Source: Hamiltosporidium tvaerminnensis FI-OER-3-3 (lineage: Eukaryota > Fungi > Microsporidia). From it: a DNA stretch of 64,000 bases. The stretch lies in NCBI GenBank assembly GCA_022605425.2, contig CM061252.1:682001-746000 (forward strand), given 5' to 3'. Below, one piece after another: positions 25,023-37,814 of this stretch. The position numbers and the translations under genes are program-made. Below the pieces are notes generated by a model. That model did no database searches. It was not told where the DNA came from and saw nothing but the letters and a program-made list of their open reading frames with translations. Within the stretch, counting starts at the first letter, position 1. Each line of letters begins with the position of its first letter.

Positions 25023-26948
25023 ATGAGGTACATTCATATAATCTATATTTTCAAAACAATGTCTTTGGTATCAAAAGATTTGGATCGTTGTTCCAGACAA
25101 AAAGAAAAAGACTTCAAGAATTTATAAAAAGTAGTATATCATTTGATCACCAAAAGGAATCTCTCTCATTCTAACTTATGATAATCAATCAAGTTATAAC
25201 CAATCAATTACAGGTCTAGTAAAAAAAGATACAGAAAAATTTTCTTGCATACTTCTTTAGATACCAATGAAAAAAATATATCATCTAAAAATTCTTCAAA
25301 CAACGATGATGATATTTTGTCTAAACAAAATAAATCGGATAAAGAATAGAAAAATAGCGAGAAAGCAAATAAGAGGAAATGAAGCCATTGTATTCATGCT
25401 GGTTATGAAAGACAATATCCGCTTGGAATGTCTATGGAAAAAAAATTTCCACACCCATAATTCATCGAAATAATACTATTTAAAAAATCTAATTTTGTAA
25501 TGCATCAAAACTTACGGCCGAAAATTTTATAAAAATCAAAACTCTGATTATATTTGAGGAAATCGGGACTCAGGATACATCCCATATCAAATCGAATTTG
25601 GATATTTATAATAATCCGGAAGAACTTATAGATATTGATAATCCGAAATTACCTGTATCAAAACTTAAATTAATAATGGAAAAGTTAAAAAAAAAGCTTG
25701 ATCTAGTTAAACAAGAATGTTTAGCTAAAGCTATGAATACAAAAATAATGTATATGTTATGTTTATTGATTCATCAGAATTAGAAGTTGGTCTTAGGGAT
25801 ATAATTACCTTTATAAAGACAGATTACGATATAAACGCAGTTTATGTACTAGAGGATACCAAATTCTTCTCGAATTGATAAAATATGTAAATCAAAATGA
25901 AAAATTATTTTGGAAAAATTCCGGTTTTTCCGAACTCTCTGATATTAAAAATTTAAAGGATAAACTTTTAGATCGTATCGGTAAATTTAATTTTTGTAAA
26001 CACAGTTCTCTTTTCCTTACATACTTTCCAGGTTTGATACACATGAATTTTTTTGTTGAAAATTTAATCAAAGAAGATATAAATTTAGTGAAAAATGCAT
26101 GTCTGTGGATTTTATTGCTTAAATATGTAGAATCTCTGACATTTATATCAATAAAAGATCTAAATACATCAGGTATTTGTCATGAAACATATGATGACAT
26201 TGAATATGAAGGTTTTGAAATTTATACTGGAAATAAAATTATTCTATGTAAAATGAAAGAATTATACGAAACATTTGAAGCAATAGTGAGACGTGTTTTT
26301 TCAAAAACAAAAATTTCTACCGAATTTAATGTCATGTTTGATTTTATAAAAATGAATTTGAAAACAACCTATAAAGACAGATATGTTTCAGATCGTAAGC
26401 TCATTTTTTTTAGCAAAGTTCTAACTGATTGTGTACTGAGAACTAGCCCAAATCTAATTTTGAATTTTATTTTACACATGCAAAACAAATCTGTAGCCAC
26501 TTTACGCCTAAAAATTTTATTTTTTTGATTAACAATTTTCTTATGAGAATTTATCGCAAATTGATTGAATTAAACAATGAGAATATGAAGGAAATTAGCG
26601 CTTTTTATGTAGAAGTTGCATTGAAATATATTGATTTTTTTAAAAAAAGAAGCGGCTTATTTGGATTTTTCCAATGAAAAATATCCGGAATATATACAGA
26701 AAATGGTTAAAATTGTTAAAGAGATTTTTAAAACCGATCAAGTGCCGGAAATTGCTTCAAAACTTACATACTTAAGAGACCTATTGAGTTTTAACGAAGA
26801 TTTATGTGTTCTATGAAATTATATCATAAAATCGAGACAAAATAGTCAACCTTATTCGGAAATTTATTCATCTCGAACTTCTGAGGCATGTCAATGGAGA
26901 TTACAAGAAATTAATATTTTATTGGCAGCAATAAACAACAAAAAATAA
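25023..26948 (+). pseudogene. Frameshifted, divergent third member of the 662-aa family
   Basis: Fragments FLTYFPGLIHMNFFVENLIKEDINLVKNACLWILLLKYVESL and VLTDCVLRTSPNLILNFILHMQ align with the intact paralogs. CCC motif before ATG 25023. Split over several ORFs. Confidence 0.88.
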
Positions 26949-27043
26949 ATCTTTAATGATCGCAACCTAAAATCTGTCAAGAAATAAAATCTATTTGAAA
27001 GTATCAAGTAGGACAAATTAAAACACCCAATTTACTTTTTCTC

Positions 27044-30000
27044 TTTATTTTTAATTTACATATTTTGGGTTAAAAACAGAATTTTTCTTTTATATATTCT
27101 CTTCTAATATTTAACCAACACATATTCTTCCGCTAAATCTGACTCTATGTTTATGTTTACTGTGGTTCCTCCATATGAAACCGAGGTATTATTTTCAATT
27201 TTATAACAGTGAGCATCATTTTTCTTTCTGTCGCCTATTTTGAAAGCGTATTGATTCGTCGTATGTTTGCGTTCATTTGCTAACATATACCGACGCTTTT
27301 TCTCAGCTCTCTTTATAATTTTGTCCAGAGTCAAGTTTTTTTATCGCCGAATAGAGGAATTGTTCCGAGGTCTTATTGTGTACTCCGGCTTAAATATTTG
27401 CTTCGTAACCCATGGCTATTTAAAGTCTTAAAAATTTGTCTTATAGTATTTAGTCACAGTTTCGTCCCAAGCCAATAATATATAGAATTATCTCGATTTT
27501 AAATTTACAATTTAGACCCTAAATTATTTTTAATAAGTTATACTATATAATCTTCTCTGCTTTAACTATTTGCAGGGAGTCTTGGAGGTGCTTAATATTG
27601 CAAAAAAGGACATCTTATTTTGAGACTTGATCCAAATGAATATATCTGGCTTAAATTAGCAATCTAACGTCAGTTTTATTCTGAGCGACTCTTGTTTAGA
27701 CGTATACATTTACAATTATTTCTTACAAAGAATCTTCTAATTCGTTTTTTTTTGACTTGATTCTATATTTATTGAGTAGAATTAAGTATATTCCTGATAC
27801 TCTTCGTTATGTCGTCTATTAAATTCATGATTAATTATTGTTTGAAAGTTCATTGTCAAATAGTCTACTCGTTTTCTAGACATGTTGCACTGTTTGCACA
27901 TACCTTCTAGTTCTTAGAATACATTTCTATCCCGGATTCAACAGAAAATAGCTTTATTTCGTGAGGTTATGTTTTTTCCTTAACTATATGAAGAATTCAT
28001 TTACACTTCTAGCTTGTTATTTCATCAATTTTATACTTTTATACGAGTTTTTCGGTTTACTATGTTCTAAATTAAGTTTAATAGTTGAGTTTCTTTGAAT
28101 TTCTTCTTAGCTACATTCTCTCACATCCCGTTTTTTATTTTTAAAAAGTTTTTATCGGTACGGTAAAATTTGTTATCACCCTCACTCCTTAATATAGTTG
28201 CTTTTTTAGTCGTGGTATCTTAGAGTTTCAAGACAATCCAAGAGTTGCAAAAGTGTATGTTAATTTCTAGCTAAACTGTTGTAAAGATCTTCCTAGGTTC
28301 TTTACGGGAAAGATATAGATGGTCTTTACCCCTTTGTTTAAGGTTGATCTTGTTTTTTTTATCAACACATAGGCACCTCATCATTTGCTCAGAGGATTTG
28401 CTGGTTCCAGTCATATGCCTACTTTGCAGTTTAGTAAAAAAAATTGTATGTGTATTATTAGCACGAAATACATTTTTCGCATTACACCTCGTAAAAGATC
28501 CTGCTCTTATTATCAGTTTACTCTGTATTTCTTGAAATTACTACCTTTTCATATCTTCTGCTGTCTTTTTTGTGTAGGTATTCTTAAATACCTATTCATT
28601 TGAGAATATTGGCAGTTATTTTCAATTAAGGATCATTTTTAGCCAAATTTTCGGCTTTGATTCTATTCTTTGTTATAATCAACCTTTTCCCCTCCTAAGT
28701 CATTAGTTCTGATGTTTATATATTTTTAGCAAAAATTTTGTGATTATCAATGAACCAGAGATGATTTTTAAACTGTGATGTAGCCTCCGGTTGTACTGCG
28801 AATTTTTTATATTCCTCATTAATTTTTGTTTTAATAGATCTATTACAGCACAAACAACAATGTTACAAACCTTTTCCACTGCGAAAACTCTTGCTCATTA
28901 TTCTTTCACATGGATTTCTCAGGCCCTACTAGTATATCAATTTTTTATTTAGATATTATTAATTTTATGAATTCTAGGATCAATTAGTTACATTGAGGTT
29001 TTGAGATCTATAGGATTAAATATGAGGTAATATATTTCCGCATACGAAATTTCTGCATGTATTTACGTTACCTTAAGATTTCATGCAATATTTGATAGTG
29101 CCTGGCATTTCGCTTTCCAAACTCTTACCGCGTGTGATGTTATTTACATGCAACTCTGGGCTTACTGCAAATTTAACGACTTATAGCTCTACATTTCGTC
29201 GTCAAATTTTAGAATATAGACATACATATGGTTGATCAAAGTAGAACCCATCTTTTTTGTACTTTTAAGTATCATATGTTTAAGTCTATAATGATCATAG
29301 CAGTTGGCTTGGTGCGTTTCTTCACAACATATAGCTTTCACAATATTTTTGGTTATATGAAGACTCGTAGTTTTCTTAATGTAGATGTTTTAGATGCAAC
29401 CACGCCAAAAGATTTATTAGAACCAATAATGATGTCTACAAAGTCTTCCGGTGAAGAAAACGTAATCTAAAGAGTATCCAATACGAATGGTATCAATAGT
29501 CATAATACGTAACTACTTTATACCTTTTGTTTAATCCTGTTTTCCGAATGTCAAAAAATTTTTACAATTTACCAGATGCCTGCATTAACGCTCTCGTACA
29601 ACCAACATAACATTGGATTTTAAATGACTTCCACACTCAATTCTCTTGTCGGAATGGTTTCCTACTCTCATACATTGTAATTTTTTTCTATTAACATTCA
29701 AAAACGCATTCTTTTTAAAGCAAGCTTCGGAAAGATCGATTACATCCTTAAAGTTTGAAGGATACTTTAGCAGAATTTTCTTAAGGCTTTTCGCATCTGA
29801 AATCGAGAGCTTTCGTGCCTAGTAGCCTTCGCGAGAAGATCCGCGAAAATTGCTAGCTAAGAAATTCGACCTTCTATTTTTTCCTTCTAACCATATCTAG
29901 GGTTTTACTTTGCGTTAATCCTCGTCATAAAATGCCCGAGCTGCATCTGTGAAAGTATTAGGTTTATGAGATTCGGAATATTTATACTAATTCGACTAAT

Positions 30001-30700
30001 GAGGTCTAAAGGTTTGCTATCAAACAATTCCCTTTGATGCTTTCTAGATCTGACTAGTGCATCTCCGGTTTTCGTCATTGTGATTTACTTGATTTTACAC
30101 AAGAAGTTCTTGGCATATTTAAAATAGAGTGTAGTGTTGGTCAAATAGCTAGCTATTAGACGATTGGCAAATTTACGTCGCTCCCCATTCTCTTTTTGCC
30201 TTATTTCAATTCGGTCTCATTGTGCGTTAATTTAGCCGGACATCGATATTCAAACTAAGGCTAAATTTCCGGATATAGTACCTAAGAATTGCAAACCAGC
30301 TATTTCTGCAGCCTCTCTAATTTCTCTCTTTCTCTAGAATAAAAGATTTCACTATTCTTGCTCTATGACTATGACAAAGTCAAGCATTCAAGGCAATAAT
30401 ATCCGTCGCTGTTCTTCTAAAATAGCAGCAGGACTGAGGTTTATCATGGTGTTGATTCATTAAACGCAAACAAATCGGAACGGGAAGAAGAATATATGCG
30501 AAAAGCGAGTATTTTGGTGCAGACAGGCGGTTATTGATAAATGGTAAGTTGGTATGTTTATGTATGATCGGTGTTGGTGGTACCTCTCGGATGTTTTTTC
30601 CTCCCCTAAATAACCGAATTTAATCACTGCTGGACTAGTTTCCGCATTGCTCACGCCTTTTAGTTTTTCCTTTTTGCTGTCAAATTTTTCCCCAACTCAT
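27044..30700 (-). mobile_element. Old, near full-length decayed copy of the R4-like REL retrotransposon
   Basis: Colinear with 59750-63524: 3' end AACCCAAAAT...AAATAAA (~27044-27072), ESDLAEE tail, CAATCCAAGAGTTGCA (~28233 vs ~60968), NHLWFIDN (~28735-28765), and 30361-30450 vs 63181-63270. Confidence 0.85.
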
Positions 30701-30954
30701 ATATTTTACACATATTTGCAATCTTTTTTAAATTTAAAATATTTTTATTGATTGCTTCTCAGAATATAAAAATATTTAAGGATTCGCATTATTATCTTTT
30801 AATTATAATATTTTTATGAGGGAAACATCATCAAAAAATCTTAATTTTTTTCAAATTAAGACTAAAAAAACAAGAAAAAATTTTAGCAAAAATGAAGTAA
30901 TTTTAAAAGAATTTAGATAAAGTAATAAACATCAAACAAATCATTTATTTTCTT

Positions 30955-31587
30955 TTAGAATACCTCTTCTTCTTCTAACTTACCCATCTTCCAATCCGTA
31001 TTCAACTTAGTAGGTGGTGATATATTAATATTACTTTCTTCAACAGTAGCAATCTGTACAGTATGTGACATTTTTGTGTCTCTGTAATGTTCAATAAGAC
31101 AAGCTTCCTGAATAAGTGAAAATGCCTGGTCAATATTTGGTATTTCGTTTTCCAATTTAGCTCTAAGAAATGGAGTCACCAAATGTTGTCCTAAAGATGT
31201 CACAATAACATCGGAAGAATAAAAATTACCAAGATGGTTTACTGCCTTCAAGGTTCCATCACCACCTGCCACAACAACTTGTACATTCAAAGGTTCCAAA
31301 TCAGATCTTCTACCATAAAGAATACGTTGGATCAATTTATGAAATCCGTTTGGTGAAAGAGGCACAGGATCTTTAGATATTTCGAGATATAAAATTTTTA
31401 AAAGATATTGAATATCGCTGTATTCACCAGATAATCCTAACAGAGTCGAAGCACTAACTTGATGTATACGAGATACATCAGAGAATTTGGCAAGAGACCC
31501 ATACGAAAGTTGTGTATCGGTAGCTAATATTATTCCTTTGTCATATTTAAATGCAATTACAGAAGCACCAGTTAGTATTGTTTTCAT
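30955..31587 (-). CDS. PRE4: Proteasome subunit beta-7 (PSMB4/Pre4)
   Basis: ILTGASVIAFKYDKGIILATDTQLSYGSLAKF, SGEYSDIQY and LYGRRS..PL motifs. CCCCG lies immediately before the ATG. Confidence 0.93.
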   Translation of the reverse strand: MKTILTGASVIAFKYDKGIILATDTQLSYGSLAKFSDVSRIHQVSASTLLGLSGEYSDIQYLLKILYLEISKDPVPLSPNGFHKLIQRILYGRRSDLEPLNVQVVVAGGDGTLKAVNHLGNFYSSDVIVTSLGQHLVTPFLRAKLENEIPNIDQAFSLIQEACLIEHYRDTKMSHTVQIATVEESNINISPPTKLNTDWKMGKLEEEEVF

Positions 31588-32439
31588 CGGGGTAATTTCT
31601 GATTTATATTTTTAAGAATTTAAAATAAAATTTTTGAATTTTTAAAGAACTAAATAATTTAAGGAAAAATAAATTTTAGTGGTTTTTAATATTAAAATAG
31701 AATTTTAAAACTTGTAATGAGTTAATGAATTTTGCTTTTCTTTATAAAATAATTTTACCAGTTTTTAAGATTTAAAAGAATTTTAAAGCTTGAAAATAAG
31801 CTAAAGCTTTGTGTATTATCTTTAAAATTATAATTTTGGTGATAATGAAAAATGAGTTTTTAAATATTACATGCTTGTATCTTAAAGCTGATAAGTTATA
31901 TTTCAAGAGTTTATTTTATAAACTCTTGTTACAAATTAAAATAAACTTTTAAACCAATGTTTGAAACCTATAGTTATATTTTCAGATGTAAAATAATTAA
32001 AGTATTTTTTCCAACTTTTTTAATATAAATTTATATCGAAACATCTAAACTTAATATTCTTACATCTAAAAATATTCTTCTATTAAAAATCTTTAATAGC
32101 TATAATTTAATTATTAAATAGTTGAATCTAAAACTTCCTTCAATTCATACTTTAACCCTTAATTTAAGTCACCTAATTATCAAATAAAAAATTGATTTTC
32201 TCTAAAACAAAACAAACAATGATGAATTGTAATTTTATTTCTTCGTTTTCTCTGCTCTTTCTTCATTTGACTTAAAGTATTCTTTAAAAATGACACTTTC
32301 TATATTTTGAGCTAAAAAATAAAAATTTGTAAAAAAATCCTTCGGATACTAAAATAGATTATTAGATAAAAAGACTAACCAATTTAAAATTGCCTTTATA
32401 TTTTTATTTTATTTTTAAAATAAAAAGGAAGGGTGTGCC

Positions 32440-32601
32440 ATGATGAATAAAATTAATAAAGACGATTATTCTACTTATAAAAACAATTCTTTACATAATA
32501 ACAGAGAAAAAGTGAGCAGCGAAGCGAAATCCTTGTTAGAGACGTATTTCAAACTTAGCTGCCTTGCCGAAAATCACGGCAATTTTAAAGTACGCTTTTA
32601 A
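32440..32601 (+). CDS. Small ORF (53 aa), homologous to 4083-4256; not in the ORF track
   Basis: Manual translation MMNKINKDDYSTYKNNSLHNNREKVSSEAKSLLETYFKLSCLAENHGNFKVRF*. GGG motif lies just upstream. Confidence 0.35.
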   Translation: MMNKINKDDYSTYKNNSLHNNREKVSSEAKSLLETYFKLSCLAENHGNFKVRF

Positions 32602-33084
32602 CTCAACTTTATATACACAACAAGAAGTTAAATATTACAAAGTGGTGGAACCAAATAAATCAAAATAAAAATGTATTTAAAACAAAAAATATTACCTTAA
32701 AGATTACAAACAAAGTTTTCTAATAAAGTTCAGACTCTCTAAAAACAAAGTTTAAATGCAAGTCTAAGTCAGCAACATAATTTCATAGCTTATGAGTGAA
32801 ATAAACAAAATAAAATACAACAATAATTATAGAATATGTTTGATGGTAATAAATATCAGATTTAAAATTAAATAAATTAAAATTTTCTTTAGATACTAAA
32901 TAAACGATTAAATTTTATAATAAACTAATTATATTTTATACTTTGTGTAGTATTTAGTAGAATTTATAAAAACGTATTACCTGTTCATATTTATTCCAGT
33001 ACTCTTGTACCTCTAGGTGTTGAGGAGTAAAAAGAATGTATCACCTATATATATTATATGGTAATATTCTTTTTATTATTGAAT

Positions 33085-34106
33085 AAGTTATATAATGCAA
33101 GAAAAAATGAGCTTGTGAGTGTTAGTGACTCTTCAAGGTGGCTAAAGAGAGGAAATATTAGGCCACGAAATGAAACTGTGTTCTGCTATATCCAGGATAG
33201 AAATGTATTCTGGGGAGCAGATGGTGTGTGTCAACATTGCGGGAAGTCTGGTAAGACTGTGGATCATCTAGCAACTAGATGCGAAAAAATGCTAGGCCAT
33301 GATTACACTAGACGGCATAATGAAGTGGTCAGATGCCTACACCTTCTTCTTCTAAATAGATATAAGTTTAAGTCTTCAAAACGAATAAGGAGCCACTCAG
33401 TTCAAGAAATTCTTGATAATGAGTATGCAGAGATAAGAGTGGACACCAGAATTAAAACTGATGTTAAAATTCGGAATAACAGACCGGACATATTTATTTT
33501 AGATAAGAAGAAGAATAAGATAACACTCATTGAAGTAGGAATCACTTCCCAAGATTCACTTCAAATAGTTGAAACTGAAAAACTTAGGAAGTATGACCTG
33601 CTAGCCAATTATTTGGGTCTTAATTATAAGTGTAGTGTTGAGATAATCCCTTATGTGATGACCTGGGACGGTATTGTGACAAAATACCATAAATCTCATC
33701 TTAAAAGACTAGAAATACCCATGAATGTAGAGGCATACATTCGGTCTATAGTACTTAAGAAAATAGTCGAAACAATTTTCTTTGATCGACGAAGAGGACT
33801 TGAGTCAGGACTAAATGCCGAAGTGAGCTGGGAGAGAGCGTCAATGGGTGTTATTATGAGATCAGAGATGCATGAGGAACCAATACCCCCTTTAAAAGAA
33901 GCGAAAAGAGAGGAAGATGGTGTTAAAATTTTAAAACCAAAAAATAATACACCCCTTATTTCACAAGGAGGAACCACTCTGGAGGAACCGACCAATAACA
34001 TAAATGAAGAGTCGGATTTGGAAGAAGAGACAAAAGTGGTTAAAGAGGCAGAAGAACATACATAAAAATGGTAAAAATATTTTAACCCAGAATTTTATTA
34101 AATAAA
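33085..34106 (+). mobile_element. 5'-truncated R4-like REL retrotransposon copy with open endonuclease frame, 12-bp TSD
   Basis: CQHC...H....C zinc knuckle, RHN, and RPD...IEV...K REL motif. TSD TTATTATTGAAT at 33073-33084 and 34107-34118. Confidence 0.95.
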
Positions 34107-36061
34107 TTATTATTGAATTATTCTTTGTATAAATTGCTTGGAAAAATATTTTAAAAAATTTGTGTTTTTTAGACACCAACATCTTTAAACCTAGAAGTAG
34201 AATTTAAAATTATAAATTTACTAAAAGAAAATGATTTTAGAGAGCTTTGTATAATATTTTAAAAGAATAATAATTTATTAATACATGGTCTTGTCAACAT
34301 ATACAAACATAAACTAGGCTGATTAATATTGTATGAAAATTATATTTTTACTAAAATAAATACTTAAAAATCACGGTAATATATTAGAATTTGCTAAAAT
34401 TATAATTTTTGATTAAGATAAGAAATATCAAAAAAGTTACTTATTTCGTAATATTCTAAATATAAAAGAAATAAAGAATTATAGTGATTCTATACTTTAG
34501 ATTATGAACTTAAAAAATCTTTTAAAATAAAAATATTTTAATACAAATATACTTTTTAATTAAAATTTAAAAATAAATATAAAGTATATATCTCTTTAAA
34601 TTTAATAAAAAAAAAAGTATTCCCCATACAAAACCAAAAATATATTTTATATTTTCTTCAAAATTTAATAATTAAAAATTTTTTTTGATAAACAATTTAT
34701 AATCGGTGCCTTCAGATAAACAAGAAAAAAAGTTTTACTACTTTATCCATTTTCTTTAACCTCTTTTTAATTACATTTTTTTAATAAAATTCTCGGTTAA
34801 ATAATTTACGATCTTTATCCATTTTCTTTTACCTCTTTTTTAAGTAAATTATAATCGAAAAATATAAATTAAAAAAAAATATTTTAGAAAAGTATAAATA
34901 TATGAAGAAATATAATTTTATGTTATTTTTATTATATTTTTTCTTAGAAAAATAAAAATGTAATTGTATAATGGTGTTTGTCAAATACCTATAAATCAAG
35001 TAGATATGTTTAAAAACCATTGTGCAATATTTAAACCTGTTGTTTTAAATTCAAACGAAGTAATATCGAAAAATATAGATCATACATTGATTGGAGAAAA
35101 TATTTTAGACGAGATCAGTTGCTTTATCTGATACAGATGGGAATAAATCTAATAAATTGAGTGTAAATAAAGAAAAAGTAAAAAATCGCACATTTTAAAC
35201 AGAACTAGACTTCATTAAACATATAAGTTATTTAATTTAAAGGTAGAGCTAAGATTATTAATTTTAACTTAAAAGATATTTAAAATAAATAAATAGTTTG
35301 ATATAATTATTTTACAAATATGTGAAATATAAATTTGTGACTTAAACGATATTTAAAATAAATAAATAGTTTGCTATAATTATTTTACAAAGCTAAAATT
35401 ATCAATGTTTAAATTAAAAGATATTTAAAAACATTATGAAGTATTTCTAAAAAGAATACACGTGAATTATTATTATGTTTATAAGCATTCTCTTTCTTGT
35501 TTATATAAACTCATTAAATCTGTCTTTTTTTAAAAAATATTATTTTTTTTTGTCCGTTTTTAAATTTACTTAAAATCTATTTCTTGAATATAAATCTTTT
35601 AAAGATATAAAATCCTATTCCTATATATTTATCATTACTGTTCTTATAAGTATTTCTAACAAAATTTATAAGCAAAGAACATAACTTTCTATTAAACTTT
35701 CCATCAAATTATAAATTAAAATTTCTATTGAACTTTCTATTAACCTTCCTGTTAAACTTTCTATTAAATTATAAATTAACCTTTCTATTAAATTATCTAC
35801 TAGATCTTTACAGATTAATATCTATTTGTAAAAATATAATATAAACCTCTTATATAAACATTCTTGGTTTGATGATTATATTTAATATAGATTTATTTAT
35901 ATACTAAACTATAGCAGATATCATATGTAATGTATTTAGATTTATATTTATTTTTGTATTTAAAATAGATTCTTCATTTTATTTTTGTTGCTGACTTAAC
36001 CATTTGAAAGAAAAATGTTTTGTTTTTAAATACAAACTTGTTTATTGCTCCAGTCTCTTTA

Positions 36062-36210
36062 ATTTGTTGTTCTTTTCTCTACAGATGAACAAAAAATACG
36101 ATTTTTTAATTATTCGCATATTTGTTTGATTCTTTTATTTGTTGTTCTTTTCTCTACAGATGAACAAAAAATACGATTTTTTAATTATTCGAATATTTGT
36201 TTGATTCTTT
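36062..36210. repeat. Direct tandem duplication, ~76 bp x2
   Basis: ATTTGTTGTTCTTTTCTCTACAGATGAACAAAAAATACGATTTTTTAATTATTCG occurs twice in tandem. Confidence 0.9.
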
Positions 36211-36847
36211 TTTATTTTTCTATTAAAGTATAAGATTCATAATCATATTTAAATATCTTATTTCATAATAGTTAAGAGATATACTTCCTAAGGAGTTGAT
36301 TTTAAAGTCTTCAAAATTCATATTTTAATATTTTTACTAATATAGCAAATCTAGTATAACAAATCTAGTAAAGAATCTAATATAAATATATTAAAGAAAA
36401 TATAAGTTAAATAATTTAAACTAATAAATATTTAAAGAAAAAATAAAAACGTATTATTAAACAATTATACCAACGAGAGTGGTAAGAATATATACTAATT
36501 AAAAATACAGAATAAAATATACGAAGATTCTAATATAAAAGGATAAAATATATAAAGATTTAAATATAAAAGGATAATTAAAAACGGATTTAAATGTAAA
36601 ACACTGATTAATGAAATATCAAACAACAATAAAATATAAAGAGATAATTAAATCAAAAGATATTTAAGCACAGATAAATTAAATATCAAAGAATAATGAA
36701 ATATCAAAAGATATTAGAAACACTGATAAATTAAATATCAAAGATGAATGAAATATCAAAAGATATTAGAAACACTGATAAATTATATAGAAATTCGAAT
36801 TCGACTATTTAATTAATTTATTTACTTTGATATTTATTTTTAATGTT

Positions 36848-37723
36848 TTAAAAATAAAAAAACTTAATTTTAACATATAATTTCCAAAAAGGTACCAAAA
36901 CGAGTGCCAACGGTAAAAACAGAAAATCCAAAACAGAATCACATCTTCCTGCCACCTTAAGCAGCCGTGTATTGACATCAGACACAATTCTATTATTATA
37001 ATACATACTGTTTAGCAGATGTTTGGCGCGTTCTTCTGGACTACAACTCTTAGAACATTCTCTACCTTCAATATCTTTAGTGAATTCTGGTTTATTCTTG
37101 TTTTCTTCGTCGTATCCACGTGATTTAATCGTAGAAACATAATAAACGTATAAAAACACACCACTTCTCGCCATTTCCATCTCTAACGAATCAAAAAGCG
37201 AATTTATTGCAGCCTTGCACGGTGAATACGAAGAATAACCAGGAAACGAATAAAAAGAAAGCGTAGAGCTCACCATCACAAACCCAAACGGCCGTTTGTT
37301 GTTGTTATAGAAATGCATCAGCGTATTAACAGTCCCAAAATAATTTATCTCCATACTCTTCTTAAACACATCAACATCCAGATCCTCAAAATATCCCGGA
37401 TAACAAATACCAGCACAGTTAAACACAAAATCATAATCATCACCTAAACACTCCAACGTCTCGTACCGCACAGCATCAGCCACAAACACAGAAAATCCGT
37501 GTTTTTCTTTTATACTCTTCAGTAAATCAAATCTCCTAGCAGCTACTGTAACATCACCCTTTCTTTTTTGTATCTCTATCGCTAAAGCCAACCCTAATCC
37601 ACTAGTACCCCCAATAATCAATACTTTCTTGTTTTTAAAGTTTATACTTCTTCTAGACATCCCCCTTCCCACATATACACCTATACATATTAAAATAGGT
37701 ATTCCTACTAAATACACCCACAT
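36848..37723 (-). CDS. TSC10: 3-ketodihydrosphingosine reductase (KDSR/Tsc10-like SDR)
   Basis: N-terminal TM segment, GGTSGLG NADP motif, NCAG, MEINYFG, YSSYSPCK (YxxxK) and a C-terminal hydrophobic segment. Confidence 0.82.
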   Translation of the reverse strand: MWVYLVGIPILICIGVYVGRGMSRRSINFKNKKVLIIGGTSGLGLALAIEIQKRKGDVTVAARRFDLLKSIKEKHGFSVFVADAVRYETLECLGDDYDFVFNCAGICYPGYFEDLDVDVFKKSMEINYFGTVNTLMHFYNNNKRPFGFVMVSSTLSFYSFPGYSSYSPCKAAINSLFDSLEMEMARSGVFLYVYYVSTIKSRGYDEENKNKPEFTKDIEGRECSKSCSPEERAKHLLNSMYYNNRIVSDVNTRLLKVAGRCDSVLDFLFLPLALVLVPFWKLYVKIKFFYF

Positions 37724-37814
37724 TAAAAATTCTTCAAAATTCTAAAAAATATATATAATTTGTAAAACAAAAGTTACACATTTGTAACACACAACTAACT
37801 GATAAAGAATATGT

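Noticed and set aside
33058-33084. ATG and hydrophobic MVIFFLLLN fused in frame to the REL domain, suggesting a domesticated nuclease gene
   Set aside because: The leader is flank plus TSD, and the rest is near-identical to the other young copies. A chance fusion is simpler.
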